From the NCBI GenBank assembly GCA_037445915.1, contig JBBIJQ010000038.1:1-18323 (forward strand): a stretch of DNA of 18,323 nucleotides. The letters run 5' to 3'. Under the pieces are notes generated by a model, which was not told where the DNA came from, did no database searches, and saw nothing but the letters and a program-made list of their open reading frames with translations. The position numbers and the translations under genes were made by a program. Below are positions 1 to 8,117 of the stretch, piece by piece. This DNA comes from Planctomycetales bacterium (GTDB lineage Bacteria > 4484-113). The first letter of the stretch is position 1; every line of letters starts with the position of its first letter.

Positions 1-2
1 CC

Positions 3-590
3 GTTGAGTTCATTGACTACGACCCGCCAAAGTCGCATAGGAACTATATCCGCAAGGAGAAGAAGGCTCTTGGGACGACCAGCCCCGATGAACAGCTTTT
101 TGGGCGCAGCCAATCCCGCACTGGGTATTCAGGCTCTAGAGAGAAGCAGAACGACGGCTATTGCGCTGGGAAGTGGTATCCGACGAGTTATAGCAGCAAC
201 AGCAGCTACAGCCCACGCCTGAATTCAACGGACCTTATCCGCTACGCCCAACGCTATATGGGCACGCCTTACGTGCTTGGCGGCAACTCCCAGAACGGCA
301 TTGACTGTTCAGGCTTAGTGAGCGCGTGCGCTAGCGCGCAGGGCGTAACGCTTCCCCGCCGCTCGTCACTCCAGGCGGAAATTGGTCGGATGGTTACCCG
401 CAGCGAACTGCAGCCTGGCGACATTTTATTCTTCAACGACCGCCGTGATTCGGGCTATCTTTCCCATACCGGCATATACATGGGGGGCAGCCGTTTTATC
501 CATGCTAGCAGCAACCTCGGGCGCGTTGGCGTCTCTTCCCTTTCTGAAGACTACTATTCACGGCATTTCGCCTTTGGCCGCCGCATATAG
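3..590 (+). CDS. NlpC/P60 (C40 family) cell-wall peptidase, C-terminal part; 5' end lies outside the window
   Basis: The frame of ORF 258..590 is open back to base 3 (VEFIDYDPPK...LIRYAQRYMGTPYVLGG). It has the C40 motifs YxxGG, GIDCSGLV (catalytic Cys), LPRxS, LQPGDILFF, SHTGIY (His) and FIHASS, preceded by a Ser/Gly/Tyr-rich linker. Confidence 0.93.
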   Translation, partial: VEFIDYDPPKSHRNYIRKEKKALGTTSPDEQLFGRSQSRTGYSGSREKQNDGYCAGKWYPTSYSSNSSYSPRLNSTDLIRYAQRYMGTPYVLGGNSQNGIDCSGLVSACASAQGVTLPRRSSLQAEIGRMVTRSELQPGDILFFNDRRDSGYLSHTGIYMGGSRFIHASSNLGRVGVSSLSEDYYSRHFAFGRRI

Positions 591-657
591 CCGGAAAAAC
601 GGCTGATTTGGTCCGCTTGCGCCATCTCCATGTAGGGACCGTGATGCGGTATCGTTG

Positions 658-666
658 TGCTAAGAT
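658..666 (+). promoter_or_regulatory. Putative extended -10 promoter (TGcTAAGAT) for the cdaA operon
   Basis: TGn-TAAGAT ends 14 nt before the cdaA ATG. No clear -35 or Shine-Dalgarno sequence. Confidence 0.5.
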
Positions 667-680
667 AACTTGTCAGCACC

Positions 681-1511
681 ATGATTTGGGAATCCTTGCT
701 TTCAGTCACGCAGACATATGGCCGCCAGGCGGTTGAGATTCTCCTCGCGTCCGCTATTTTCTACTACATCCTGCTATCAGTGCGCGGCACCAAGACCGCA
801 GTGCTCGTCCAAGGCCTTATTGTCCTGGGTGTTTTCTACGCCCTGGCGACATACTTTCGCCTCATCGTCATATCAATGATACTGAGCAAGCTGCTTTTCA
901 TCGTCCCGATCGCGCTCATCATCATTTTTGTGCCGGAAATTAGGCGCTTTCTTGAGCGCGCTGGGCGGACAAACCGCTTGTGGGCAGTGTTCTTTCCTGT
1001 GCCGAGCTTCGGCGGTGATAGCAGTTCTGAGAGCGCCAACTTTGACGCCATTGTAAACGCAGTTGAAGGGCTGGCGCACAATTACCACGGCGCCCTTATC
1101 GCCGTTGAGCACCAGCCCATTGAAGACGACCTTATGGTAATCGGCACCTGGCTGGATGCCGCCATCAGTGAAACGACCCTCCGTTCCATATTTGAGCCGC
1201 ATAACCCCCTGCACGACGGCGCAGTTGTGCTGAGAAGCGACCGCATCCTCTACGCTGGCTGCTTCTTTCCGCTAACTACACGTGAGGACATTGACCGCGA
1301 TCTGGGCACGCGCCACCGCGCGGCTGTTGGCATCACCGAAAAAGCTGACTGTTTTGTAATTGTTGTAAGCGAGGAGCGCGGTAAGGTGAGCATTGCGCAT
1401 GGCGGGCGACTGGCGCGGGACCTTACCTTGCGCCAGTTCCGCGAACAGCTAAGGGCATTGTACTTCGCCAACCCTAACTTCTCAACCGTGCTTCCGTCGG
1501 CGAGGTCATGA
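681..1511 (+). CDS. cdaA: Membrane-bound diadenylate cyclase CdaA (c-di-AMP synthase)
   Basis: Three N-terminal hydrophobic segments, then PEIRRFLE, GALIAVE, the catalytic HDGA and GTRHRAA motifs and VSEERG. Adjacent to cdaR and glmM. Confidence 0.97.
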   Translation: MIWESLLSVTQTYGRQAVEILLASAIFYYILLSVRGTKTAVLVQGLIVLGVFYALATYFRLIVISMILSKLLFIVPIALIIIFVPEIRRFLERAGRTNRLWAVFFPVPSFGGDSSSESANFDAIVNAVEGLAHNYHGALIAVEHQPIEDDLMVIGTWLDAAISETTLRSIFEPHNPLHDGAVVLRSDRILYAGCFFPLTTREDIDRDLGTRHRAAVGITEKADCFVIVVSEERGKVSIAHGGRLARDLTLRQFREQLRALYFANPNFSTVLPSARS

Positions 1512-2713
1512 TGTTCAGGATTCTTACTAACAATTGGCCGTTGAAGCTGCTTGCTTTATTCCTAGCATTTGTGCTGTCGGTATATGTTTACCAGTACGGC
1601 GAGTATGAAATGAAAGCGTCGCTGGATTTACCGCTTGAAGTGCGCAACCTTTCCGACGACCTTACATTCTTGGACCTGCCGCCCCCGAAGATAAAAGTCA
1701 ACGTGTCGGGCAACTTGCAGCAGGTCAATGCGCTCAAGCGCGAGGCTATCCGCGCAGTCATAGACCTGAAGAGTTTTACGGCGGCAGGCTCTTATAATAT
1801 CTCACCTGAGCTGCCGGACACTCCTTTGCTTAAGGTATACGGCCCGCTGCCGGTTGTGAGGGCGCGGCTGGCGAAGAAGCTGCGCATTAGGCTGCCTATC
1901 GAAGCCTGGCACCGAGGCGACTTGCCGGGGGGGTATTTGCTGTCCCGCGAGAGCATCGCGCCCCGCCAGGCGGAAGTGGTCGGGCCAGAAGAGCTTGTGT
2001 TGTCTGCGCGCCGCGTCATCGCCGAGGTTAACCTCGCAGGACGGCTGTCGCGTATATCACAATCCATCCCCCTTGTTGCCTATACGCGCGAAAACGCCCC
2101 GCTAGACCCGGCTATCGTCCGTATTGAGCCTAGCAGTGCGCAGTATTCCGCTGAAGTGAACCCGGTCGCGAATGTTAAGGCGGTTCGCATTAACGCAGAA
2201 CTTAGCGGAAGCCCGCCAGCCGGGTATTACTTGAAAGAAATGCGGATAACTCCTTCGCAAGTGCTTTTCCCAGAGGCGTTGTATAAGCAGCGTCCTCTAA
2301 AGACGCTTTCCATTGAGCCAGTAAGCCTTGACGGCAAAAAAGGCTCGTTTTCCCAAACGGCAAAGATACTGTATGGCTTTATCCCGCCTTCTGATTTGCC
2401 TACTACCGTCACCATAGAAGTCACGCTGGGCAAGCTGGATGCATCAGAAGACACGATGGTCACGGTAAACATAGACATCTTCGGGCGTAATCCGGATTAC
2501 GACTACATCGTTCACCCACCGTCCGTTATAGTGCAGTCTGCCGACTTTGCAGGCTTCAGTGAAACAGAACGGTCTATAGTCAAGGTACAGGTGAACGTGG
2601 AAGGGTTGACGTTAGGCATTTATAGAATCGCCCCACAGGTCAACCTGCCGCCGAACATTCGGGGGGCGATCGCAATCCCTGAGACAATTGAAGTATCGGT
2701 GATTCAGAGATAG
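1508..2713 (+). CDS. cdaR: CdaR/YbbR-domain regulator of diadenylate cyclase
   Basis: N-terminal anchor NWPLKLLALFLAFVL followed by about four beta-rich YbbR-like repeats (e.g. GDLPGGY..PRQAEVVGP; GSPPAGY..ITPSQV). ATGA overlap with cdaA and canonical position before glmM. Confidence 0.9.
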   Translation: MMFRILTNNWPLKLLALFLAFVLSVYVYQYGEYEMKASLDLPLEVRNLSDDLTFLDLPPPKIKVNVSGNLQQVNALKREAIRAVIDLKSFTAAGSYNISPELPDTPLLKVYGPLPVVRARLAKKLRIRLPIEAWHRGDLPGGYLLSRESIAPRQAEVVGPEELVLSARRVIAEVNLAGRLSRISQSIPLVAYTRENAPLDPAIVRIEPSSAQYSAEVNPVANVKAVRINAELSGSPPAGYYLKEMRITPSQVLFPEALYKQRPLKTLSIEPVSLDGKKGSFSQTAKILYGFIPPSDLPTTVTIEVTLGKLDASEDTMVTVNIDIFGRNPDYDYIVHPPSVIVQSADFAGFSETERSIVKVQVNVEGLTLGIYRIAPQVNLPPNIRGAIAIPETIEVSVIQR

Positions 2714-2716
2714 CAA

Positions 2717-4102
2717 ATGGCAAAGTACTTTGGCACTGACGGCATTAGGGGAATTGCCAGCCTAGACCTTACCGAGAGCTTTGCCCGCCGTGCAGGCTAT
2801 GCTATAGGCAATTCGTTAAAGGCTGCCTATCGCGGGCGCAAGCTTCCTTACTTCAAGGAGACAGACTGCAGCCTGCCGCACCCATCCGTCCTGCTCGGCC
2901 GCGACACCCGCATCAGCAGCCCACAGCTTGCTGAATCTGTCTCCGATGGCCTACGAGCAGCAGGAGTTAGCGTGGCTGACATGGGAATTGTGTCGACACC
3001 CCTGGTCGGCTTGTTGATGAATCGCTTCAACGCAATTGGCGGGGTTATGGTAACCGCGTCGCATAACCCAGTTGAATACAACGGGATAAAAGTATTTCGC
3101 AGCGACGGGCTAAAAGTCGGCAGTAGTATCGCTGATACCATTGAACGCGAGCTCGACTCCCGCGAGCCAATTCCCACAGTGCGCATGGGAAGCGTCAACC
3201 GATTGAACGCCATTCCTCTTTACATTAAACATCTCCGGCAGAATAACCGGGTGCGCGGGGATGGCATCCGCATCGCGCTGGACATGGCGCATGGCGCGGC
3301 ATGCGGCGTAGCGGAAGAAGCATTTAGCGGATTTGGATTTGATGTCGTGCCCGTATGCGCCACGCCTGACGGCAACCGCATTAATGTGAATTGCGGGGCG
3401 ACTGACATAGCGAGGCTGCAAGCTAAAGTGCTGCGCAGCAAGGCGCAATGGGGCTTTGCATTTGACGGCGATGCCGACAGGGTAGTCGCGGTTGACGGCA
3501 ATGGAGTCACAGTTAACGGCGATTTGCTTATGGCTTTGCTTGCGCTTGAGCACAAGCCTTACCGAAAAGCAGGAAAACTCGTCTTCACGCATATGACCAA
3601 CCGTGGTGTTGAGTTGCATTTGCGCGGAAACGGGATAAAGACCTACCGCACAGACGTGGGCGACATGGCTGTGTTGAAAGCGATGCGGCGCTGGGATACT
3701 TTGATAGGCGGAGAGCAAAGCGGGCACATTATCTGCTGGGATAAGACCTGTGGAGGGGATGGTGTGCTTGTTGCGCTTTTCGTCAGCGGGCTTCTTGCTC
3801 GCAAAGGCTTGTCGCTGGTTGACTTCGTAAGCAGCGTGCCTGTGTATGCGCAGGTGCTTAAGAATGTTATGATGCAGCAGCACCGCAAATGGGAATGCGA
3901 TGTTTCCCTGCAAAGGCGGTTGCGAGCACTTCAGGAACGGTATTGCCAGGTGCGCATCTACATCCGCTCCAGCGGCACTGAGAACCTTGTACGAATACTG
4001 ACTGAGGCTGAAGACGGCGCGCTTGCGCTGGAAGCCAACGAAGAGGCTACACAGCTTTTTAGCTCAATTGGAGCGAAGCCGCCAGGCGTAAAGGAGGAGT
4101 AA
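2717..4102 (+). CDS. glmM: Phosphoglucosamine mutase
   Basis: YFGTDGIRG, GRDTRIS, phosphoserine loop TASHNP, INVNCGA, metal loop FDGDADR, GGEQSGH and RSSGTE; canonical cdaA-cdaR-glmM synteny. Confidence 0.95.
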   Translation: MAKYFGTDGIRGIASLDLTESFARRAGYAIGNSLKAAYRGRKLPYFKETDCSLPHPSVLLGRDTRISSPQLAESVSDGLRAAGVSVADMGIVSTPLVGLLMNRFNAIGGVMVTASHNPVEYNGIKVFRSDGLKVGSSIADTIERELDSREPIPTVRMGSVNRLNAIPLYIKHLRQNNRVRGDGIRIALDMAHGAACGVAEEAFSGFGFDVVPVCATPDGNRINVNCGATDIARLQAKVLRSKAQWGFAFDGDADRVVAVDGNGVTVNGDLLMALLALEHKPYRKAGKLVFTHMTNRGVELHLRGNGIKTYRTDVGDMAVLKAMRRWDTLIGGEQSGHIICWDKTCGGDGVLVALFVSGLLARKGLSLVDFVSSVPVYAQVLKNVMMQQHRKWECDVSLQRRLRALQERYCQVRIYIRSSGTENLVRILTEAEDGALALEANEEATQLFSSIGAKPPGVKEE

Positions 4103-4103
4103 A

Positions 4104-4817
4104 ATGGCTGATAACGCTTTCACATGGTGCGGGCATTCTGCCTTCCGCGTTGAGACCGCTGAAGGAAGGGTGCTTTACATTGACCCGTTTCTCTCGGCGA
4201 ACCCATTGTGCCCGCCGGAGCTGCGCGTAGTTGACCGCTGCGATGTAATTGCGCTGACTCACGGTCACGCCGACCACGTCGGCGACACATATGCGATTTA
4301 CGGCGAACACCGCCCCAAAATCGTCAGCATCTTTGACTTATGCCCGTTGCTGCAGAGAAACGGGGTCTCACCGGACGACTGTATAGGGATGAATATCGGC
4401 GGGACAGCTGAAGTAGGCGGCATCCGCATTATGCAGACGCCAGCGCTACATTCAGGCTCAGCCGATGATGGCGGGACTATCATCTATGGCGGGGCGCCTA
4501 CAGGATACGTTATTGAGCTTGAAGACGGATTTCGCTTCTATCACAGCGGCGATACGTGGGTGATGATGGATATGGAGCTAATCGCCAAGCTCTTCAAGCC
4601 GCAGGTCGCTATGCTTCCTATCGGCGGGCATTTTACGATGGACCCGCCAGCCGCCGGCCTTGCCGCTAAAATGCTGGGCGTGCAGCGCGTTATCCCGATG
4701 CACTATGCCACGTTTCCCATTTTAGGCGGCGACCCAACACAGCTAGCCGCAGAGTTGGAGGGGTCTGGAATTGAAGTAATGGATGTGGAGATTGGGAAGG
4801 CGTTTACGCTGCCGTAG
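4104..4817 (+). CDS. Metal-dependent hydrolase, metallo-beta-lactamase fold (UPF0173/YtkL-like)
   Basis: GHSAF, IDPF, THGHADH (HxHxDH), ALHS, YHSGDT, LPIGGHFTM and IPMHY motifs. Strong SD (AAGGAGGAG) lies in the last codons of glmM. Confidence 0.92.
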   Translation: MADNAFTWCGHSAFRVETAEGRVLYIDPFLSANPLCPPELRVVDRCDVIALTHGHADHVGDTYAIYGEHRPKIVSIFDLCPLLQRNGVSPDDCIGMNIGGTAEVGGIRIMQTPALHSGSADDGGTIIYGGAPTGYVIELEDGFRFYHSGDTWVMMDMELIAKLFKPQVAMLPIGGHFTMDPPAAGLAAKMLGVQRVIPMHYATFPILGGDPTQLAAELEGSGIEVMDVEIGKAFTLP

Positions 4818-4829
4818 AATGGTGGTCTG

Positions 4830-6950
4830 ATGATTGATGAAGGCATCCTCCACATTGATTTCGGCGGCTTTGAGCGCGAGCGTCGCTACTCATTAGAGCT
4901 AAGCGGCCGCGTGTTCCAAGTGCGCGAAGTCGGCCTTCAAAGGAATTTGGCGCAGCTCCAGCGCGCAATTAGCGAAGCGCCGGAACAGCATGTTTCGCTC
5001 TCAGGCCTCACCCTCAACTACTACTTTGATGGGAAAGAGTATACGCACAAGCGCTTGTCTCGGCTGCTGAGCGGCTGTTTGCGCGGAAGGCCTGTAAGCG
5101 ATGGCGCGCTTATCAAACGGACACTGGAGCGTTACCTCGTGGACTCTGCGGTTCGCCAGCTTGCGGTGAACTTCCGGGATAAGCGGACGCTAGTTCTGTC
5201 AGCAATTTCGCGCTTCGGTGCGGCTGAAGTGCTTGCGGCGCAAACGCGGCGCATAGTTTATGGCGACTTGCTTTACGGTTTCCGGCTCGGAGTGCCCTTA
5301 ACGTCAACAGCCGCGCTGCACCGGGCCGCGCCTTCGCTTCTTGCCGCTGTTGTAAATACTCCGGTATCGTGGTTTAACCCAGCGGCGCGCATCTTTCTGC
5401 GCAGGATGCCCCGATTCCGGATGTATTTCTACCAGGCACAAGTTATCCTCGGCGGTATGGAATACTTGAGGCGATACTCACCGCCGAAGCTTGCCGGCAA
5501 GACCATCATTACAAACCTTCAGGACGATGCAGACCTTGAATTCTTGCGCGAACGCGGCGCTGCCACCGTGGTCGGATTGCTGCCCTGTATTGGCGAGCGC
5601 CGTATTCCAAGCAGCTTACTTGAGCTTGCGCTAAAGGAGATGTTGGCCGAGGGTGCTGGCGAATGGGAATTTAAGTTCCTTAACTACTTCCTGCGCGAAG
5701 AGTATAAGCCTGAGATAATCTCGTTCTGCCGAGACATAGACGTGGAACCGGCGCTGATTGACATGCCCCAGCAGGGCGATATTGAGGGCGAGCTGCCAAG
5801 GCCGATGGCGAAGGCTGAGCTGCGGAAAGATGCGGCAAGTGACGACGAAGGGCTGTTCGGCTTTATCTTGCACCCGCTTACATATCAGCACCTCATGCTG
5901 CATCCCACGATGCGCAAGCTGGATAAGTTCCTGCCCAGCTCATGGGTTGAGCGTATTGGCGCTGCCGTTCCGCCGCCCATTGTTGGAGTAGCCAAAGATA
6001 TTGTCGCTGAATCGGGCGCACGCGCACGGGGTTATCTCTACGGCATTCCCATGACGCCGCGCTTGATGCTGGAATACCCGCCGGAGCACACTTACGCGCG
6101 CATTCTCCAAGTAACCCGCCATGCAGAAACACTTGGGATTGGGATAGTCGGGCTGGGGGCGTTCACATCAGTTGTAGGAGACGCCGGGGTTACTGTCGCG
6201 CGCAAGAGCCGAATCGGCATAACCACTGGCAATAGCTTTACGGTAGCAGTAACGATCCGCACTCTTGCGCGGGCGGCGGAAATGATGGGAATTGACGCGA
6301 GCGATGCTTGCGCCTGCGTCATCGGCGCAACGGGGAGCATCGGCAGCATCCTTAGCTACCTCCTCGCAAGCGAAGTGCGCGCGCTAACGCTGGTCTCGCC
6401 GCGACCGGAGCGACTGCTAACGCTTTCGCACCGCATTCGCGAGCGCTTTCCACACGTGCAACTGCGCATTGCGCGCACGGTTGACGAGGTGCTTGGCGAG
6501 GCCGATTTGGTTGTTACAACAACAAGCTCGGTTGAGCCGGTAGTGAATGTGGATTTGCTCAAGTCCGGCGCGGTAGTAAGCGACGTAGCCCGCCCGCCGG
6601 ATGTGACGCCTGAAGCCGCGGCTCGGCGACCTGACGTTCTTGTAATTGAAAGCGGTGAGGTGCAGCTGTTCCCCGGCGCAAAGCTTACGGCCAACATCGG
6701 CCTTCCTGAAGGCGTGATATACGCATGCCTCGCCGAAACCATGCTGCTGGGTCTGGAGAAGCACTACGACCACTTTACGCTCGGCCGAGAAATAACCGAA
6801 GAGCGCGTGCGCTACATCAATTCGCTTGCGGATAAGCATGGCATGAAGCTCGCCTCCATCCGCGCATTCAACAAAGACGTTACAGACGAACAGATACTTT
6901 CGGTGCGCCAGCGCGCCGATGACGCCAGGCGCAAAGGACGCGTGGGATAG
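4830..6950 (+). CDS. Two-domain protein: uncharacterised N-terminal domain (~aa 1-300) fused to an NAD(P)-dependent acyl-ACP-reductase-like/COG5322-type dehydrogenase domain (~aa 341-706)
   Basis: C-terminal motifs FILHPL, GLGAFTSVVG, TTGNSFT, Rossmann IGATGSIG, DVARPPDV, RPDVLVIESG and YACLAETM. An acidic/Pro-containing linker separates the two halves. Confidence 0.78.
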   Translation: MIDEGILHIDFGGFERERRYSLELSGRVFQVREVGLQRNLAQLQRAISEAPEQHVSLSGLTLNYYFDGKEYTHKRLSRLLSGCLRGRPVSDGALIKRTLERYLVDSAVRQLAVNFRDKRTLVLSAISRFGAAEVLAAQTRRIVYGDLLYGFRLGVPLTSTAALHRAAPSLLAAVVNTPVSWFNPAARIFLRRMPRFRMYFYQAQVILGGMEYLRRYSPPKLAGKTIITNLQDDADLEFLRERGAATVVGLLPCIGERRIPSSLLELALKEMLAEGAGEWEFKFLNYFLREEYKPEIISFCRDIDVEPALIDMPQQGDIEGELPRPMAKAELRKDAASDDEGLFGFILHPLTYQHLMLHPTMRKLDKFLPSSWVERIGAAVPPPIVGVAKDIVAESGARARGYLYGIPMTPRLMLEYPPEHTYARILQVTRHAETLGIGIVGLGAFTSVVGDAGVTVARKSRIGITTGNSFTVAVTIRTLARAAEMMGIDASDACACVIGATGSIGSILSYLLASEVRALTLVSPRPERLLTLSHRIRERFPHVQLRIARTVDEVLGEADLVVTTTSSVEPVVNVDLLKSGAVVSDVARPPDVTPEAAARRPDVLVIESGEVQLFPGAKLTANIGLPEGVIYACLAETMLLGLEKHYDHFTLGREITEERVRYINSLADKHGMKLASIRAFNKDVTDEQILSVRQRADDARRKGRVG

Positions 6951-6953
6951 GCG

Positions 6954-7628
6954 ATGTTTTTCCGCAAGCCAAAGCCGCTCGCCGACTTTATCATCTTCGG
7001 GCTGGGCAATCCCGGCCCCAAATATGAGCGCACGAGGCACAACTGCGGCTTTATGGCTGTGGATAGTCTGCGCGAATTTTTCCCCGCACTGCGCGCCACG
7101 CGCAAGTGGCACAGCGAAGTGATGGAGCTTCGCCTTGACTGCGGGAAAGCGCTGCCAGTGATGCGCGCCGCAGCTGAAGAGGGCAAGGGATTTTTCGTCG
7201 CCGACGGTACAGAGAATATCGTAGGCTTGAAGCGAGTTCTACTCGTCAAGCCGCAGTTGTTCATGAACTTGAGCGGACGCGCCATTGCCGCAACCGTGAA
7301 CGCCAACCCCGGCGTGCCGTTTGTCGTCGTGTTGGACGACGTGAACATGGAATGGGGGAGGCTGCGCTTGCGCGAGCGCGGCGGCGGCGGTGGTCATAAG
7401 GGAATGAAGAGCATCATAGATCAAATCGGCGGGCGGAAGGATTTTCCGCGATTGCGCATAGGCGTAGGCGGCGGCGAGCTGCCCGACGTCACCGATTACG
7501 TGCTCAAGCGCCTTAGCGACCGCGAATACACGGATGCGCGCAGGTTTTGCCGCATCGCAGGGGTGAAAGCGCTGGAGATAGCCTGCATCGGTTTCAACGC
7601 CGCCGCATCGTCCACTTTCGGCCAGTGA
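6954..7628 (+). CDS. pth: Peptidyl-tRNA hydrolase
   Basis: GLGNPG, TRHNCGF, KPQLFMNLSG, LDD, GGHKGMKSI, RLRIGVG and DYVL motifs. Confidence 0.95.
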   Translation: MFFRKPKPLADFIIFGLGNPGPKYERTRHNCGFMAVDSLREFFPALRATRKWHSEVMELRLDCGKALPVMRAAAEEGKGFFVADGTENIVGLKRVLLVKPQLFMNLSGRAIAATVNANPGVPFVVVLDDVNMEWGRLRLRERGGGGGHKGMKSIIDQIGGRKDFPRLRIGVGGGELPDVTDYVLKRLSDREYTDARRFCRIAGVKALEIACIGFNAAASSTFGQ

Positions 7629-7642
7629 ATCAGGAGAGAGCA

Positions 7643-8071
7643 ATGCTATACAAACGCTCCAATGACAGGCTCGTTGTGCGCCTTGAGCCGGGCGACGAAG
7701 TCCACGCCTCGCTGATATCGGCTGCGCAGGCTTCAGGCATCAAGCAGGCAATGGTCATCTCCGGCATCGGCCAGCTCGGGCGCACAAAGCTAGGTTTCTT
7801 CACTGGCGCTAACGGAGTATATGCGCACCAGGAATTTGCCGGTGCGGCCGAAGTCCTCACGCTTGCAGGGAACATATGCGAGCGCGATGGGAATCTCGTG
7901 GGACATCTGCATGCCGTGCTCGGCCGCGACGACTACTCCATCTTCGGCGGGCATCTCATTGAAGGGCATGTCTCCGCCACGCTGGAAGTCCTCCTCCTCG
8001 CTGTGGAAGACATCCGCATGTACCGCAAGATTGAGCAGCCCTCCGGCCTCCCAGGGCTGTATATTGAGTGA
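7643..8071 (+). CDS. PPC/DUF296-domain protein
   Basis: VVRLEPGDEV, SGIG, EVLTLAGNI, HLHAVLG and GGHL motifs. The start is more likely the ATG at 7643 (SD AGGAG at 7632-7636) than the ORF-track start at 7547, which overlaps pth. Confidence 0.9.
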   Translation: MLYKRSNDRLVVRLEPGDEVHASLISAAQASGIKQAMVISGIGQLGRTKLGFFTGANGVYAHQEFAGAAEVLTLAGNICERDGNLVGHLHAVLGRDDYSIFGGHLIEGHVSATLEVLLLAVEDIRMYRKIEQPSGLPGLYIE

Positions 8072-8081
8072 TTGAGCGCAA

Positions 8082-8090
8082 TGATACAAT
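8082..8090 (+). promoter_or_regulatory. Putative extended -10 promoter (TGaTACAAT) upstream of dapA
   Basis: TGn-TACAAT lies in the 46-nt gap before dapA, followed by an SD-like AAGGA (8106-8110). Confidence 0.55.
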
Positions 8091-8117
8091 AGCCTTATCC
8101 CCTAAAAGGAACGCGAC

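Noticed and set aside
192..212. Short trinucleotide-like runs (AGC/AAC here; GGC near 7380; CCG near 12750)
   Set aside because: They encode Ser-rich, poly-Gly and poly-Pro protein segments and are too short to indicate phase variation or CRISPR repeats.
4..222. 72-aa ORF at the window start, and the ATG at 258 as the NlpC/P60 start
   Set aside because: The NlpC/P60 frame is open from base 3, so 258 is an internal Met and 4..222 is an overlapping alternate frame.
589..609. Hairpin AGCCG-GAAAAA-CGGCT followed by GATTT after the NlpC/P60 stop
   Set aside because: A 5-bp stem and a poor U tract are too weak to call a terminator.
7547..7642. N-terminal extension of the PPC/DUF296 ORF
   Set aside because: It overlaps pth by 82 nt; the ATG at 7643 has a good SD and begins the recognisable domain.
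4100..8117. glmS ribozyme after glmM, or lysine riboswitch before dapA
   Set aside because: The gaps are only 1 nt and 46 nt, too short for either RNA.
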